Source of the DNA: a phage
DNA: 64,000 nt
Strand: one strand, 5' to 3'
NCBI GenBank assembly: GCA_037431425.1
Contig: GCA_037431425.1_4129.1
Shown here: positions 39,809 through 49,601 of the stretch, piece after piece
Numbering within the stretch: position 1 is the first letter of the stretch
Layout: each line of letters begins with the position of its first letter
The notes under the pieces: model-generated
What the model was told of the DNA's origin: nothing
Database searches by the model: none
The model's input: only the letters and a program-made list of their open reading frames with translations
Made by a program: the position numbers and the translations under genes

Positions 39809-40762
39809 ATGACCACACTATGGACTGAAAAATATCGCCCACAAACAATGGAAGATTATGTATCAAAAAATGATGCTCTACGTCAGAAAATGGAAGAATG
39901 GATTAAAACTGGCGACATTCCACATATTGGTTTTTTTGGCCCAGCAGGAACTGGTAAAACATCTGCAATTAAAGTACTTATTAATGGTTTGGTTCAGAAC
40001 GGACACCTCGATCCAAGTGACGTAACCACACTTAATATGTCAGATGAAGGTATTGATGCTGTGCGTGATAAAATCGATGCCGCAGCAAAACTATCATGCT
40101 TTGGTCGATATCGTATTTTTGTTCTTGAAGAAATGGAACAAATGAACCATAAAGCACAAGGTAGCTTGAAGCGTGTTATGGAAGACTATCATGAAAATGC
40201 TCGCTTTATTTTAACAAGTAATGAACCACATAAAATTCAAAAACCTATTATCTCTCGCGTTCAAGTCATTACAATTGAAAAACATGACATGGAACAGTTC
40301 ATGACAAGAATTTATAATATCCTTCTCGCTGAAGGTGTTGATCTGAGTAGTGATGATAGTGTTGAACAAGTTCAAAAGTACATCAATGCTTCATATCCAG
40401 ATTTTCGTAAAACGCTAAACGTATTGCAAAGTTCAGTTGTTGATGGTAAACTAGTCAAACTTGAGGATAGTATTGAAAATTCTGCCGGATATCGCACTGC
40501 AATCATTGATGCGTTGAAGGCAGGAAATATCCGTCAAATGCGAGAGCAAATTGTTCAATCTATTCCTGATGATGAAATGGATGCATTTTTCTCGTACTTG
40601 TACCGAAATGCGGAAATGTTCAGTACTGACGAAATCACACTGATGAAGATTAAAGTTAAAATTCGTGATGCTGTTGTTAAGCAAGCAACTGTATCCGACC
40701 GTGAAATGAATCTTAGTGCATTGTTGTGTGAGATTGATCTAATTTGTTCGGGGAACATGTAA
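39809..40762 (+). CDS. Clamp-loader ATPase (RFC small subunit/T4 gp44-like)
   Basis: Begins MTTLWTEKYRP; Walker A GPAGTGKTS, Walker B VLEEME, sensor-1 LTSNE, SRV(Q) motif. Confidence 0.8.
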   Translation: MTTLWTEKYRPQTMEDYVSKNDALRQKMEEWIKTGDIPHIGFFGPAGTGKTSAIKVLINGLVQNGHLDPSDVTTLNMSDEGIDAVRDKIDAAAKLSCFGRYRIFVLEEMEQMNHKAQGSLKRVMEDYHENARFILTSNEPHKIQKPIISRVQVITIEKHDMEQFMTRIYNILLAEGVDLSSDDSVEQVQKYINASYPDFRKTLNVLQSSVVDGKLVKLEDSIENSAGYRTAIIDALKAGNIRQMREQIVQSIPDDEMDAFFSYLYRNAEMFSTDEITLMKIKVKIRDAVVKQATVSDREMNLSALLCEIDLICSGNM

Positions 40763-41388
40763 TGAAGCCACGTTGTATTGTTTTTGATTGTGACGAAGTT
40801 CTATTGGACCACATCGGTATGCTTTCAGAGTATGTTAAACAAACTTATAACATAACCCCATCAACACCATATCCAACAGAATATGACCTATCAGATTGGT
40901 TGGGTGTTCCTCAAACTGAAGTTAAAAAAATTCTTGAACGTTTCAATCAACAATCGTATTTGTTTGGATTGTTAAAACCTGTTGAACCAAATACTGTTGA
41001 TATTGTTCAAGAATTACGTGACCGTTTTTATAAAGAAAAGTTTGTGGTTCTGACAAAATGTGGTAAGAAAGGATATGGTGAAGTTTTGCGTAATGTGAAT
41101 CTCATGCGAGAATTTGGTGAAAATTGTTTTGATGAGATCATCATCATTGAAATGGATGAATCAAAGAAAAAGGCATTGGAGGATTTACAAGATAAGTACG
41201 ATGTGAAATTGATGATTGATGATTATATCAACAACATTGAAACAGCATTGGAGCTTGGTATTCCTTCAGTTATGATGGGATGCTCACATAATACTGCATA
41301 CAGGAACAGTAGTGATTTTGAATATATCGAGAACTGGACCGAGCTTAGACTGAAAATTTATTCAGTTCTGGGTAAATATTATAAATAA
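40762..41388 (+). CDS. HAD-superfamily phosphatase, likely 5'-deoxynucleotidase
   Basis: N-terminal FDCDEVL (DxDx[TV] motif); ATG overlaps clamp-loader stop (TAATG). Confidence 0.55.
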   Translation: MKPRCIVFDCDEVLLDHIGMLSEYVKQTYNITPSTPYPTEYDLSDWLGVPQTEVKKILERFNQQSYLFGLLKPVEPNTVDIVQELRDRFYKEKFVVLTKCGKKGYGEVLRNVNLMREFGENCFDEIIIIEMDESKKKALEDLQDKYDVKLMIDDYINNIETALELGIPSVMMGCSHNTAYRNSSDFEYIENWTELRLKIYSVLGKYYK

Positions 41389-41401
41389 TACTTTTTAAAT
41401 T

Positions 41402-41426
41402 AAGGGGTTTGTTTCAAACCCCTTTT
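41402..41426 (+). terminator. Rho-independent terminator
   Basis: ggggtttg / caaacccc stem, then T tract. Confidence 0.7.
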
Positions 41427-41487
41427 GTTGTATTTTAAAAGTAGTAAATAGTATTATATGTGCTAGTTTTTGAGGATAATATAAAAT

Positions 41488-42054
41488 ATGGAAGATTTAG
41501 ATTATACAGATAATGCTATTCAGCAGTTGTATGATAATAGTGGTATGTTAGATATACTTCTTGCTGTTGAGAAATACTTCGATGATAACGATTTATATGC
41601 TTATAAAGGTATTATCGAGGGTGAATTGGTTGAGGGACCAATTGTAAGTAAATATTGGTGTACAGTTACATTTAAATATTATCGTGAAAACTTTCCCGAT
41701 CCTACAGCGTTCTCAATATTGGAGAAACATGGCACTAAAGTATACGTCAAAGCTGATTATGAAATAACACCAATTGAAGAACCAAATCGACAAGCAGATA
41801 TGAAAAGTATTGCAACACAGACTGGTTCTGTGCGTATACCAAAAAATGAACGAATTCCGGTTCTATTGGTTAGAGTTCAAATCCCACGAAATTTAATTAA
41901 TCCAGAAAGTTTTGATGAATATAAACTTATGGCATCTGAATTTAATAGTAACCCAATGAATTCTCCTGAAAATATCGAAGAACCAGTTACTGGGGATGAT
42001 GTTGACTTAGATGTTGATGTAACTGACAATACACAAGAAGGTGGAATGCAATGA
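41488..42054 (+). CDS. Hypothetical protein
   Basis: 188-aa ORF. Confidence 0.5.
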   Translation: MEDLDYTDNAIQQLYDNSGMLDILLAVEKYFDDNDLYAYKGIIEGELVEGPIVSKYWCTVTFKYYRENFPDPTAFSILEKHGTKVYVKADYEITPIEEPNRQADMKSIATQTGSVRIPKNERIPVLLVRVQIPRNLINPESFDEYKLMASEFNSNPMNSPENIEEPVTGDDVDLDVDVTDNTQEGGMQ

Positions 42055-42731
42055 AAACGAAATTAAATGAGCAAGGATTACGTCCACAGGTTCTTAAAGA
42101 TTTGATTCATCCTATTATTAGTGTTGATGAATATACTCCTAAAATTGAAGATAGTAATATTGTAATTATGTTTCAGGTTCTGAATAATTTCGATGCTGCA
42201 TATGATTTATCTTCTTTCATCGAAAAATCACCGATTGATGCGATTGACACTGAGGCGGCAGAAACTCCTAATTTGGATGGTCGCTATCAAGTTTATGTGG
42301 AAATGGAACGAAATGCGGAGTTTCCTGAAAAACTTTTACGTTTAATTAAAACTATCGAAAATATTTGTCCTGATCCTGGTTGGAAAATCCAACTATATGG
42401 TGTCAATGATCCAATTGATGTTGATTTCGATGAAATACAACAAAGAATTGACTTAGGTATCCCAAGTTCAATTAGTGAGTTTCTTGACTATGCTGGGGTT
42501 TCTGTGATTAAAGAAGGTAATATGTTGACACTGAAAACTGCATATGGTAAATTGCATTATAGTTCAGGGAGTGGTTTTGTTTCTGAATCATATGTTAAGA
42601 AACTATTAAAAAATGATACACAGTTGGATACATCACGTCTTAGTTCTATATTGGGTGAAAGCTATACAGTACTACGCAGTGGTGATCAATACGTGATTGG
42701 AAGAAATGGGAAATATTTGGTGTTACGATGA
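42051..42731 (+). CDS. Hypothetical protein
   Basis: 226-aa ORF, ATGA overlap. Confidence 0.5.
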   Translation: MKTKLNEQGLRPQVLKDLIHPIISVDEYTPKIEDSNIVIMFQVLNNFDAAYDLSSFIEKSPIDAIDTEAAETPNLDGRYQVYVEMERNAEFPEKLLRLIKTIENICPDPGWKIQLYGVNDPIDVDFDEIQQRIDLGIPSSISEFLDYAGVSVIKEGNMLTLKTAYGKLHYSSGSGFVSESYVKKLLKNDTQLDTSRLSSILGESYTVLRSGDQYVIGRNGKYLVLR

Positions 42732-43546
42732 GAATTTTAAATATGCTTAAATCTCTTCACGAAACGACGAAATTGGTTCAGGATGAAAAATATCGTCGAA
42801 GTATTACAAAAGATTTAGCATGTCGAATGTATATGCGTAGATTCGAAATTTCTCGAATTGGTAAAAAATGGGATAATATAAATCGTGAAGACATTGACCC
42901 AGATGCTATTTTTAAAGCATACATGGCAAGAAAAGTTTTCATAAATGAAAAAACTTTTTATATAGATAGTGATAGGGTTCTAGAAGATAAATTCACTAAA
43001 GGTTTATGGAATATATGGTGTATTGAAATATTTGGAGAAGTTCTCCCTGAACCACCTGTACCTAAAACGTATAAAGAATTAAAAAATATTTTTGATAATG
43101 AACACATACATTCAAACTTCTCATTATATGACACTGTATCAGAAGCTGTATTTTATGGTGAGTTACATGGTCATAACAAATATTTTGATAGTATGGTTAG
43201 TTTTGATTTGTTTTGTCACTTACCAGGTGTGTCTAGCTGGACCAGTGATCAACACCGAGCTAGTAAGGTTGATAAACGTAAATTCTCTGCTCAAAGATTT
43301 ATGCAAGTTGCAATGAGTATGTATAAACTTGATTATCTTGGTTGTCCAGAACCATATACTCATTTCTGGAAAGAAAAAGCACAAAAATGCTTAAACTATT
43401 GTATAGTTCGTTTGATGGACACATACATTCTTAAGTTTAGGAATGCAACTGTATATGACATGCCAGAACCACCAGAGAATGAAAAGTATCCACCAGTAAA
43501 AACATTTGTATGGTACAGGGATAAAAGTAACAAAAGGATGCACTAA
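42728..43546 (+). CDS. Hypothetical protein
   Basis: 272-aa ORF, ATGA overlap. Confidence 0.5.
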   Translation: MRILNMLKSLHETTKLVQDEKYRRSITKDLACRMYMRRFEISRIGKKWDNINREDIDPDAIFKAYMARKVFINEKTFYIDSDRVLEDKFTKGLWNIWCIEIFGEVLPEPPVPKTYKELKNIFDNEHIHSNFSLYDTVSEAVFYGELHGHNKYFDSMVSFDLFCHLPGVSSWTSDQHRASKVDKRKFSAQRFMQVAMSMYKLDYLGCPEPYTHFWKEKAQKCLNYCIVRLMDTYILKFRNATVYDMPEPPENEKYPPVKTFVWYRDKSNKRMH

Positions 43547-43561
43547 TGTGTATCCTTTTTT
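43535..43561 (+). terminator. Rho-independent terminator overlapping stop codon
   Basis: aggatgcac / gtgtatcct stem (one G-U pair), taat loop containing the TAA stop, then T5. Confidence 0.6.
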
Positions 43562-43572
43562 CGTTTCATGTA

Positions 43573-43601
43573 TTGACATATGGTGTACCAGTATGTATAA
43601 T
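43573..43601 (+). promoter_or_regulatory. Consensus sigma70 promoter (TTGACA-17-TATAAT)
   Basis: TTGACA 43573-43578, 17-nt spacer, TATAAT 43596-43601. Confidence 0.7.
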
Positions 43602-43642
43602 ACCCACGTTATTTAAATTTTAATTGATTACGAGGTTTTATA

Positions 43643-44770
43643 ATGAAAGGTAAATATTTTTTTGTTGAAAATGGGAAAGAAGTCGAAATTCAAGAATTCA
43701 ACTATAATTATGTACTGAACTCTTTATTAAAACAATATGACCGTTCATCAAACAAAAAATACATTTACAATGTGATTGTACGCCGTACTTATGATTCGTT
43801 GGGTAATCCATCATTTGATGTGAAATCATTGTCATTGGATGAAATCTATTTTGATAATAGACGCTTAAATGTATTTGATTTAATGAAAGATAAAATTCAT
43901 TTTAGTAATGTTAGAATTGACCCAAACATGCCAGTACCGCCATTGGAGCGTGAGTATCGTGAATGGAAAGAAGGTCGTGCAAAACCGCGTCTGGATTTGG
44001 TAAAAACATCACCCGACGTTCCTGCACCTATTGTTCTTAAGAAAAAACCAATCAACCCAGACGATACCCGAATTAAGGATATTGAATGTGTTGTTGAATT
44101 CCCAGACACTATTGAAAAGAACCCAGTCAAAGTGTTAGATTGGTTTATCAACTTACCAGTTTGTGCACAAGAAATTGGAACTAAGATTCAACAAGTTTCA
44201 GAACGACAACTGGAACTCAGTTCTGCATTACAACAGCATAGTGATTATATCAGAATGCTCATGGATAACTTAACAGTAGCTTTGGAAACCTTGTTCCCAC
44301 TGAAACCGACATTCACCCAGAAATTATTTGGTAAAACAGATATCAAAGTACAACCATCTGATTTACCAAAAGTGATGAAAAAACTCAATGAAGCAGTAAA
44401 GTATGATACCAACAAGTTTAGTGGTTTAAATTCTATGTTTTCTGAAATCAGAAAAGAAGTTAATGAAATCAAAAATGAACTTGAATATGGTAAGTTAGGC
44501 TGTGAATACGCACTATGCAGTGTGGATGATGCATTTGAATATGAATTAACATTAGAACGTATTATGAAAATGAGCATTACCACGTCTATGACAGAAACAA
44601 GTATTATTGCTACAAACAAACAATATCAAGTTGATATGAATCGTATGATTGACATTCAAACTATCACTATTCCTTTGATTATCAATCGTTTACAGTCACA
44701 GGCAGGTAAGGCGGTAGATACAAGTACTGTTGAGATTATTCGCAACCTTGCATATGGCAACAAAGAATAA
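43643..44770 (+). CDS. Hypothetical protein
   Basis: 375-aa ORF downstream of consensus promoter. Confidence 0.55.
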   Translation: MKGKYFFVENGKEVEIQEFNYNYVLNSLLKQYDRSSNKKYIYNVIVRRTYDSLGNPSFDVKSLSLDEIYFDNRRLNVFDLMKDKIHFSNVRIDPNMPVPPLEREYREWKEGRAKPRLDLVKTSPDVPAPIVLKKKPINPDDTRIKDIECVVEFPDTIEKNPVKVLDWFINLPVCAQEIGTKIQQVSERQLELSSALQQHSDYIRMLMDNLTVALETLFPLKPTFTQKLFGKTDIKVQPSDLPKVMKKLNEAVKYDTNKFSGLNSMFSEIRKEVNEIKNELEYGKLGCEYALCSVDDAFEYELTLERIMKMSITTSMTETSIIATNKQYQVDMNRMIDIQTITIPLIINRLQSQAGKAVDTSTVEIIRNLAYGNKE

Positions 44771-44777
44771 AAAACAC

Positions 44778-44806
44778 TTGACTTGGATATGTGTTGAACG
44801 TATAAT
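44778..44806 (+). promoter_or_regulatory. Consensus sigma70 promoter (TTGACT-17-TATAAT)
   Basis: TTGACT 44778-44783, 17-nt spacer, TATAAT 44801-44806. Confidence 0.7.
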
Positions 44807-44854
44807 GTTTATAACTGAGCAGCACATCATATTAACTTAAACGAGGAAATCTCA

Positions 44855-45991
44855 ATGGCAGAGAAAGAAATCAATCCAAAAAAATCGTCAACAGTTACTA
44901 AAAACACAAAACGTTCTTCCAAAACTGCGGCGAAGGGTCACACAATTGATGCAAGTGATATTTTCAACCAAACAACAAAGTCACTCCCAGTACTAAAAGA
45001 TGTAAAGGGTAATACCATGTCACTAACAGTTCAAAACATCAACACTGTTGGTACAACTGCTGGTGCGGCGGTTGGTCGTTTGGCTGATGAAATTATGTCT
45101 AAGGTTAACGTAACCGATGACAATACCGAGTTTGGTAAATCAATCACTACAATTCTCACATTGACCCGTGCGGTTGATATTGATAGTCTTCAGGAAGATA
45201 AATCAATTGTTGGTCGCATTAAGAAATTCTTTGTTAATGCCCAACAGAAAGTCGGCGATCAATACAAAAATAGTAAAGAACAAATTGATGAAATTATGAA
45301 AACTCTACAAACTGGCATCAATCGTCAACATGGAGAGTGTGAGTGGCTTGATAAAGCATATAATGAAAACAAAGAATATTTGTTCGAATTACGTGATACA
45401 TTAGTTGGTTTAGAAGAAGTAACTAAAGCACAAGATGCAGTACTGGCAGAAATGCAAGCAAACAAAGACGTGGACTCTTTTGCTATTCAAGAGCAAAAGA
45501 TGATTTGTGAAGCACTTTCTAAGCAAGAAGACAAGATTCGCCGACTTATCATGATGTGTGAACTGAGTGGTCCACGATTGATGAGTATGAAAAAAGTAAA
45601 CTTAAACACTGTTTCTAAGTTTGAAGATTTGAAATCAGTAGTAATTCCTGCATGGAAATCGCAATTGGCTGAACAGCTAATCTCTGAGCGTCAACGTAAG
45701 GATAATGAATTGGGAAATCTAATTGACAATGAAACAAATCGTTTATTAGAGACTAACTCTAAGATGGTTGCAGCTAATATGCTGGATGCTGCAAAGGCAA
45801 ACAATCGTGGTATTGTGGATATTAAAACCTTGCGTAATGTACATAAAACAATGATTGACAGCATCGAAGCTGTTATTGAAGAAGAGAAAAAAGGTAAAAT
45901 GGAACGTGAACGTGCGAAACAAGAAATTGCACAACTTTCACACGAACTCGAAGACACACTTCGTGAAATTGCAGAAAAAGCTAACAAGTAA
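44855..45991 (+). CDS. Coiled-coil protein, hypothetical (a TelA-like resemblance is unverified)
   Basis: 378-aa ORF, largely helical/charged; functional assignment not supportable by eye. Confidence 0.5.
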   Translation: MAEKEINPKKSSTVTKNTKRSSKTAAKGHTIDASDIFNQTTKSLPVLKDVKGNTMSLTVQNINTVGTTAGAAVGRLADEIMSKVNVTDDNTEFGKSITTILTLTRAVDIDSLQEDKSIVGRIKKFFVNAQQKVGDQYKNSKEQIDEIMKTLQTGINRQHGECEWLDKAYNENKEYLFELRDTLVGLEEVTKAQDAVLAEMQANKDVDSFAIQEQKMICEALSKQEDKIRRLIMMCELSGPRLMSMKKVNLNTVSKFEDLKSVVIPAWKSQLAEQLISERQRKDNELGNLIDNETNRLLETNSKMVAANMLDAAKANNRGIVDIKTLRNVHKTMIDSIEAVIEEEKKGKMERERAKQEIAQLSHELEDTLREIAEKANK

Positions 45992-45994
45992 TAG

Positions 45995-46023
45995 TTGACA
46001 CATGGGTGCGTTTTCGATATAAT
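45995..46023 (+). promoter_or_regulatory. Consensus sigma70 promoter (TTGACA-17-TATAAT)
   Basis: TTGACA 45995-46000, 17-nt spacer, TATAAT 46018-46023. Confidence 0.7.
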
Positions 46024-46049
46024 ATTATTATTGAAAACGCACTCTTTTT
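46006..46049 (+). terminator. Hairpin terminator interleaved with the promoter
   Basis: gtgcgttttc (46006-46015) / gaaaacgcac (46033-46042) 10-bp stem with 17-nt loop containing the -10, then tcttttt. Confidence 0.5.
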
Positions 46050-46073
46050 AATATACAGATAAGGAACCAATAC

Positions 46074-46763
46074 ATGAAGCGTAGACATATTAGTGTTGAT
46101 ATTGAGTCTCTTGGCACTCCTGAAAATTCAGGATATGATATTATTATTCCAAATTACGCAGCAGTTGTTGTTCCAAATAAACCTGAAAATGATATCAGGA
46201 ATTTTATATATGTTAAGTTGCCATACCAAGCACAAGTTAACGCTGGCCTGAAATCAGATTCAGGTGCAATGGATTTCTGGATGAATACTTGTCAGAAAGA
46301 ATATCCTAATGCATATGCAGAAGTTGCCAGTACTATGACTCTTCGTGCACCAGAATTGTACGGACCTAATGGTAAATCCAAACAAATCTTTACATCTAAT
46401 AGTATTGTCGATTTCTGGAAAGATATCCGTTATGATATCTATGGTAAAGAAGTTGAACATTCAATTTGGGGAAATGGTTGCAATTTCGACTGTAGTATTT
46501 TACAAGCTAATCACTTAAAACTATTGAATGTTGGTGATTTGTGGAAATATGATGCACCAGAAAATGCACGAACATTAAAACGTTTATTGAATGAAGATGC
46601 TCGTGCTGAAATGGATGAGATTGTGTCAGTGCAGTTAGCTAAATTCGTGAAGTATGCAGAACAATGTGGTATTAATGGTTTGGAATTACATCACCCTCTG
46701 TATGATGCAGCACGTGAAGCTATCCAAATCTCCTACTGTCTCAATAAACTTAAACTGGACTAA
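46074..46763 (+). CDS. DEDDh-type 3'-5' exonuclease (T4 DexA-like), putative
   Basis: ISVDIESLG (Exo I D-x-E), GNGCNFDCSIL (Exo II), HHPLYDAAR (Exo III H-x4-D). Confidence 0.6.
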   Translation: MKRRHISVDIESLGTPENSGYDIIIPNYAAVVVPNKPENDIRNFIYVKLPYQAQVNAGLKSDSGAMDFWMNTCQKEYPNAYAEVASTMTLRAPELYGPNGKSKQIFTSNSIVDFWKDIRYDIYGKEVEHSIWGNGCNFDCSILQANHLKLLNVGDLWKYDAPENARTLKRLLNEDARAEMDEIVSVQLAKFVKYAEQCGINGLELHHPLYDAAREAIQISYCLNKLKLD

Positions 46764-46766
46764 TAC

Positions 46767-47861
46767 ATGAATTTTATTATTCTGTTGATTCCTTCACTTA
46801 TCGTTGTATTTGTTATGAAATACATGTATGATAAGCATATCAGTACTAAAGAACTGTTGATTCATATTGGTTGTTGTATAGTTGGGGCTGCTCTTGTGCT
46901 TGGTATCTCATATGCAATCAACTACAGCCAATTGTACGATGTAGAGATTCTAAATGGGCAGGTAACATCCAAATATAATCACAAGGAGTTTTGTACACAA
47001 TCAAGCTCATGTAAGCATTACACGTGGCACGAGAAATGCAGAACTCGTTATGATAGTAAGGGGAAATCCCATCGTGAATGTGAGTCCTATAAGGTATTTG
47101 ATTATTCATACGAAGTTGACTGGTATGTAAAAAGTACTGTAGGGAAGTTTGAGATTGAGCGAGTAAACCGTCAGGGTACAATGACCCCTCCACGCTGGCA
47201 ACAGGTTAACATTGGGGATTATGTTGCCGCAGAAAGTTCTTATATTAACTATCTGTTCGCTGATAAAAACTCATTGTTTAGTCCTGATGAATTACATGAA
47301 ATGTATGATGAGAAATATCTTAGTTCTTTACCAGAATATCCAAGTATTAATGATTATTACATAACACATCATGTTATTAACAAAACAAATTATAATGTAT
47401 ATGGATATGAAGAATATTTACGTAACGTTTTGAAAACTATGGGTTCACGTAAAGAAGTCAATATCTTAGTTATTGTATACAATTATAAAGATAGTGATTT
47501 TGTTGATGCTACCTTAGCAAAGTGGCGTGGTGGTAAGAAGAATGATGTTATTATGTTCTTTGGTATTGATGGTGATGGTAATATTATTAAATTTAACAGT
47601 ACATCATTTGCCCAGGGAATGAAAAATGAAGGATTACATGCAAAGATGCGTATGGACGCATTAAATGAAAAATTAACGATTGACTTACTAGCAATAGAAG
47701 TGCATAATATTGATACACAGTTCGTGAGACTCTCTAATAAAGAGTTTGAGTACTTGTCTATTAAAATGGAACCACGAAAAGATGTTCTCATCGGTGCTTC
47801 TATTTTATTACTAATTATTTCTATTTTTATTGGCCTTTATATGAGGGATAACGAATTATGA
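46767..47861 (+). CDS. Membrane protein with N- and C-terminal hydrophobic segments
   Basis: 364 aa; IILLIPSLIVVFV and GCCIVGAALVLGI near N-terminus, ILLLIISIFIGLY at C-terminus. Confidence 0.5.
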   Translation: MNFIILLIPSLIVVFVMKYMYDKHISTKELLIHIGCCIVGAALVLGISYAINYSQLYDVEILNGQVTSKYNHKEFCTQSSSCKHYTWHEKCRTRYDSKGKSHRECESYKVFDYSYEVDWYVKSTVGKFEIERVNRQGTMTPPRWQQVNIGDYVAAESSYINYLFADKNSLFSPDELHEMYDEKYLSSLPEYPSINDYYITHHVINKTNYNVYGYEEYLRNVLKTMGSRKEVNILVIVYNYKDSDFVDATLAKWRGGKKNDVIMFFGIDGDGNIIKFNSTSFAQGMKNEGLHAKMRMDALNEKLTIDLLAIEVHNIDTQFVRLSNKEFEYLSIKMEPRKDVLIGASILLLIISIFIGLYMRDNEL

Positions 47862-48412
47862 ATGGTAAAGTTTTTGCATTAATTGGTGTTATTGTTGTAT
47901 TTGGTCTTATGGTAATTGGTTCCATTAGCATGTATGTAGGAACATATGATCGTGCGGTGGAATTTGAAGGTAATATTCAAAAGTATTATGATGCTTCAGA
48001 AAGTCAATTAAGTACTTATACCCTTACAATCCAAGAAAAGGTTCAAGTATCAGATAAGTATAAAGATGCATTGAAAGAAACAATTGAATCGTATTTCAAA
48101 GGACGTGAAGGTGTTGACCAGAAATTTGTAATGTCACAGATTCAACAGCAGGTTCCAAATCTTGATCCTAAAATTTACCAGGAGCTTATGGTAACAATTG
48201 AATCAGGACGTACAAAGTTCAACAATCTTCAAAAAATGAAAATCGACCAATGTACCGAATATTCCAAATTCCGCAAAGGATTCTGGAATTCCAAAATTCT
48301 TGATGTTAACACGTTTCCAAGTGAAAATATTGCACATCTTTGCACGGTAGTATCAGATACCCGCACAAAGAAAGCAATGGATACTGGTATTCAAGAAGTA
48401 ATTAAACTATAA
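47858..48412 (+). CDS. Membrane-anchored protein (possibly LemA-like, unverified)
   Basis: N-terminal TM VFALIGVIVVFGLMVIG; ATGA overlap with upstream membrane protein. Confidence 0.45.
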   Translation: MNGKVFALIGVIVVFGLMVIGSISMYVGTYDRAVEFEGNIQKYYDASESQLSTYTLTIQEKVQVSDKYKDALKETIESYFKGREGVDQKFVMSQIQQQVPNLDPKIYQELMVTIESGRTKFNNLQKMKIDQCTEYSKFRKGFWNSKILDVNTFPSENIAHLCTVVSDTRTKKAMDTGIQEVIKL

Positions 48413-48421
48413 TCTAAATCT

Positions 48422-48449
48422 GGGAGTACAAAATGTACTCCCATTTTCT
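48422..48449 (+). terminator. Rho-independent terminator
   Basis: gggagtaca / tgtactccc stem, aaa loop, T-rich tail. Confidence 0.65.
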
Positions 48450-48461
48450 ATAGGGTTTATT

Positions 48462-49034
48462 ATGTTTTTAAAAAATACTTATGAATTAATTAAAATGCTT
48501 CAAAATATGAATTCTGGTGGTCTATTTCCTTATCATTCCGAGGATAAAACACATCGTTTAGTTTTGAAATTGGATGAAACTGGACGTATTGCATCACTAA
48601 GAACGGTTATTCCCAATATGGAGCAAGTAATCACACAATCAACTCCGAAGTCAGGCACTGCTGTTAATACACCACAAACATATAATCCACAGATATATAC
48701 TATTAGTTCTCCACCTATTACACGAGTTGCCTGTATTGTGAATATAAAAGTATCTAAGGACTATCGTGACTTAATATCAGTTGAATGGTCAGAAATAACA
48801 TCATCATTGGGAGCAAATGGGTTTGTAGTAACAAATACAGGTCTAGTACAAAATGTGAAAGAAGGACAGCAGATCATGAGTGCATTGTATATTAGTAATG
48901 GTTGTGTTATCATCAATGGCAAGTTGTATAGAGATACTGAACCTGATGCATTCACTGAAGATTTGGTTGGTGAAAAAGAATACAGCATTCTGGAAATTAT
49001 GAATTTGAAAAAGGTATATGAAAACGGTGTTTAG
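48462..49034 (+). CDS. Hypothetical protein
   Basis: 190-aa ORF. Confidence 0.5.
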   Translation: MFLKNTYELIKMLQNMNSGGLFPYHSEDKTHRLVLKLDETGRIASLRTVIPNMEQVITQSTPKSGTAVNTPQTYNPQIYTISSPPITRVACIVNIKVSKDYRDLISVEWSEITSSLGANGFVVTNTGLVQNVKEGQQIMSALYISNGCVIINGKLYRDTEPDAFTEDLVGEKEYSILEIMNLKKVYENGV

Positions 49035-49599
49035 ATTTCATCAAGATGATTTACCATTTATCCAAGAGCTTGAGGAACTGGTAATAAGTACTATGGATGA
49101 AATTAGTACTTGGGATATAACCGTTTTTCGAAATGTATATGATAAAGTGGTGAATTTTAAAAATGTTAATATTGAAGTAAAGCATAATAATTTTTACTTA
49201 ACAAAACAATTCATTCTAACTCGTCCAGGACACAAACCTGTTAAGCGTAATTTGTCATTCGGACACATCATTGGTACTGAAAAGGTATATGATGAATGGG
49301 TTGATTCAATCTATTCGTATACAAAAGAACTTATTCCAGATATTGAGAAAAGATATTATCTAAGTATCACATTAGATGAAAACGGAAATCTTAATGCGTA
49401 TTCAATAAATTCTTCATCAAATGTTCCATTACATTCGGTGACGATTGGTGATAAAAAATTGCTAATAAATTCTGAAACATGGTATAATAGAGAAAATTTC
49501 GCAGCAGAAACATTTCAGTACTCTGTATCAGAACCAAAGACACCTTTTGACTTGGTTTTTGTTAACAATATTATTATACGTTATGGTGTAGGAGTGTAA
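49018..49599 (+). CDS. Hypothetical protein; possible divergent member of the FQxS paralogue family
   Basis: C-terminal ENFAAETFQYSVSE weakly matches the family motif. Confidence 0.45.
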   Translation: MKTVFRFHQDDLPFIQELEELVISTMDEISTWDITVFRNVYDKVVNFKNVNIEVKHNNFYLTKQFILTRPGHKPVKRNLSFGHIIGTEKVYDEWVDSIYSYTKELIPDIEKRYYLSITLDENGNLNAYSINSSSNVPLHSVTIGDKKLLINSETWYNRENFAAETFQYSVSEPKTPFDLVFVNNIIIRYGVGV

Positions 49600-49601
49600 T
49601 T

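Noticed and set aside
44855-45991. Assignment of the 378-aa coiled-coil protein to the TelA family
   Set aside because: Only a general size and helical-character resemblance; no motif I could verify by eye, so left as hypothetical.
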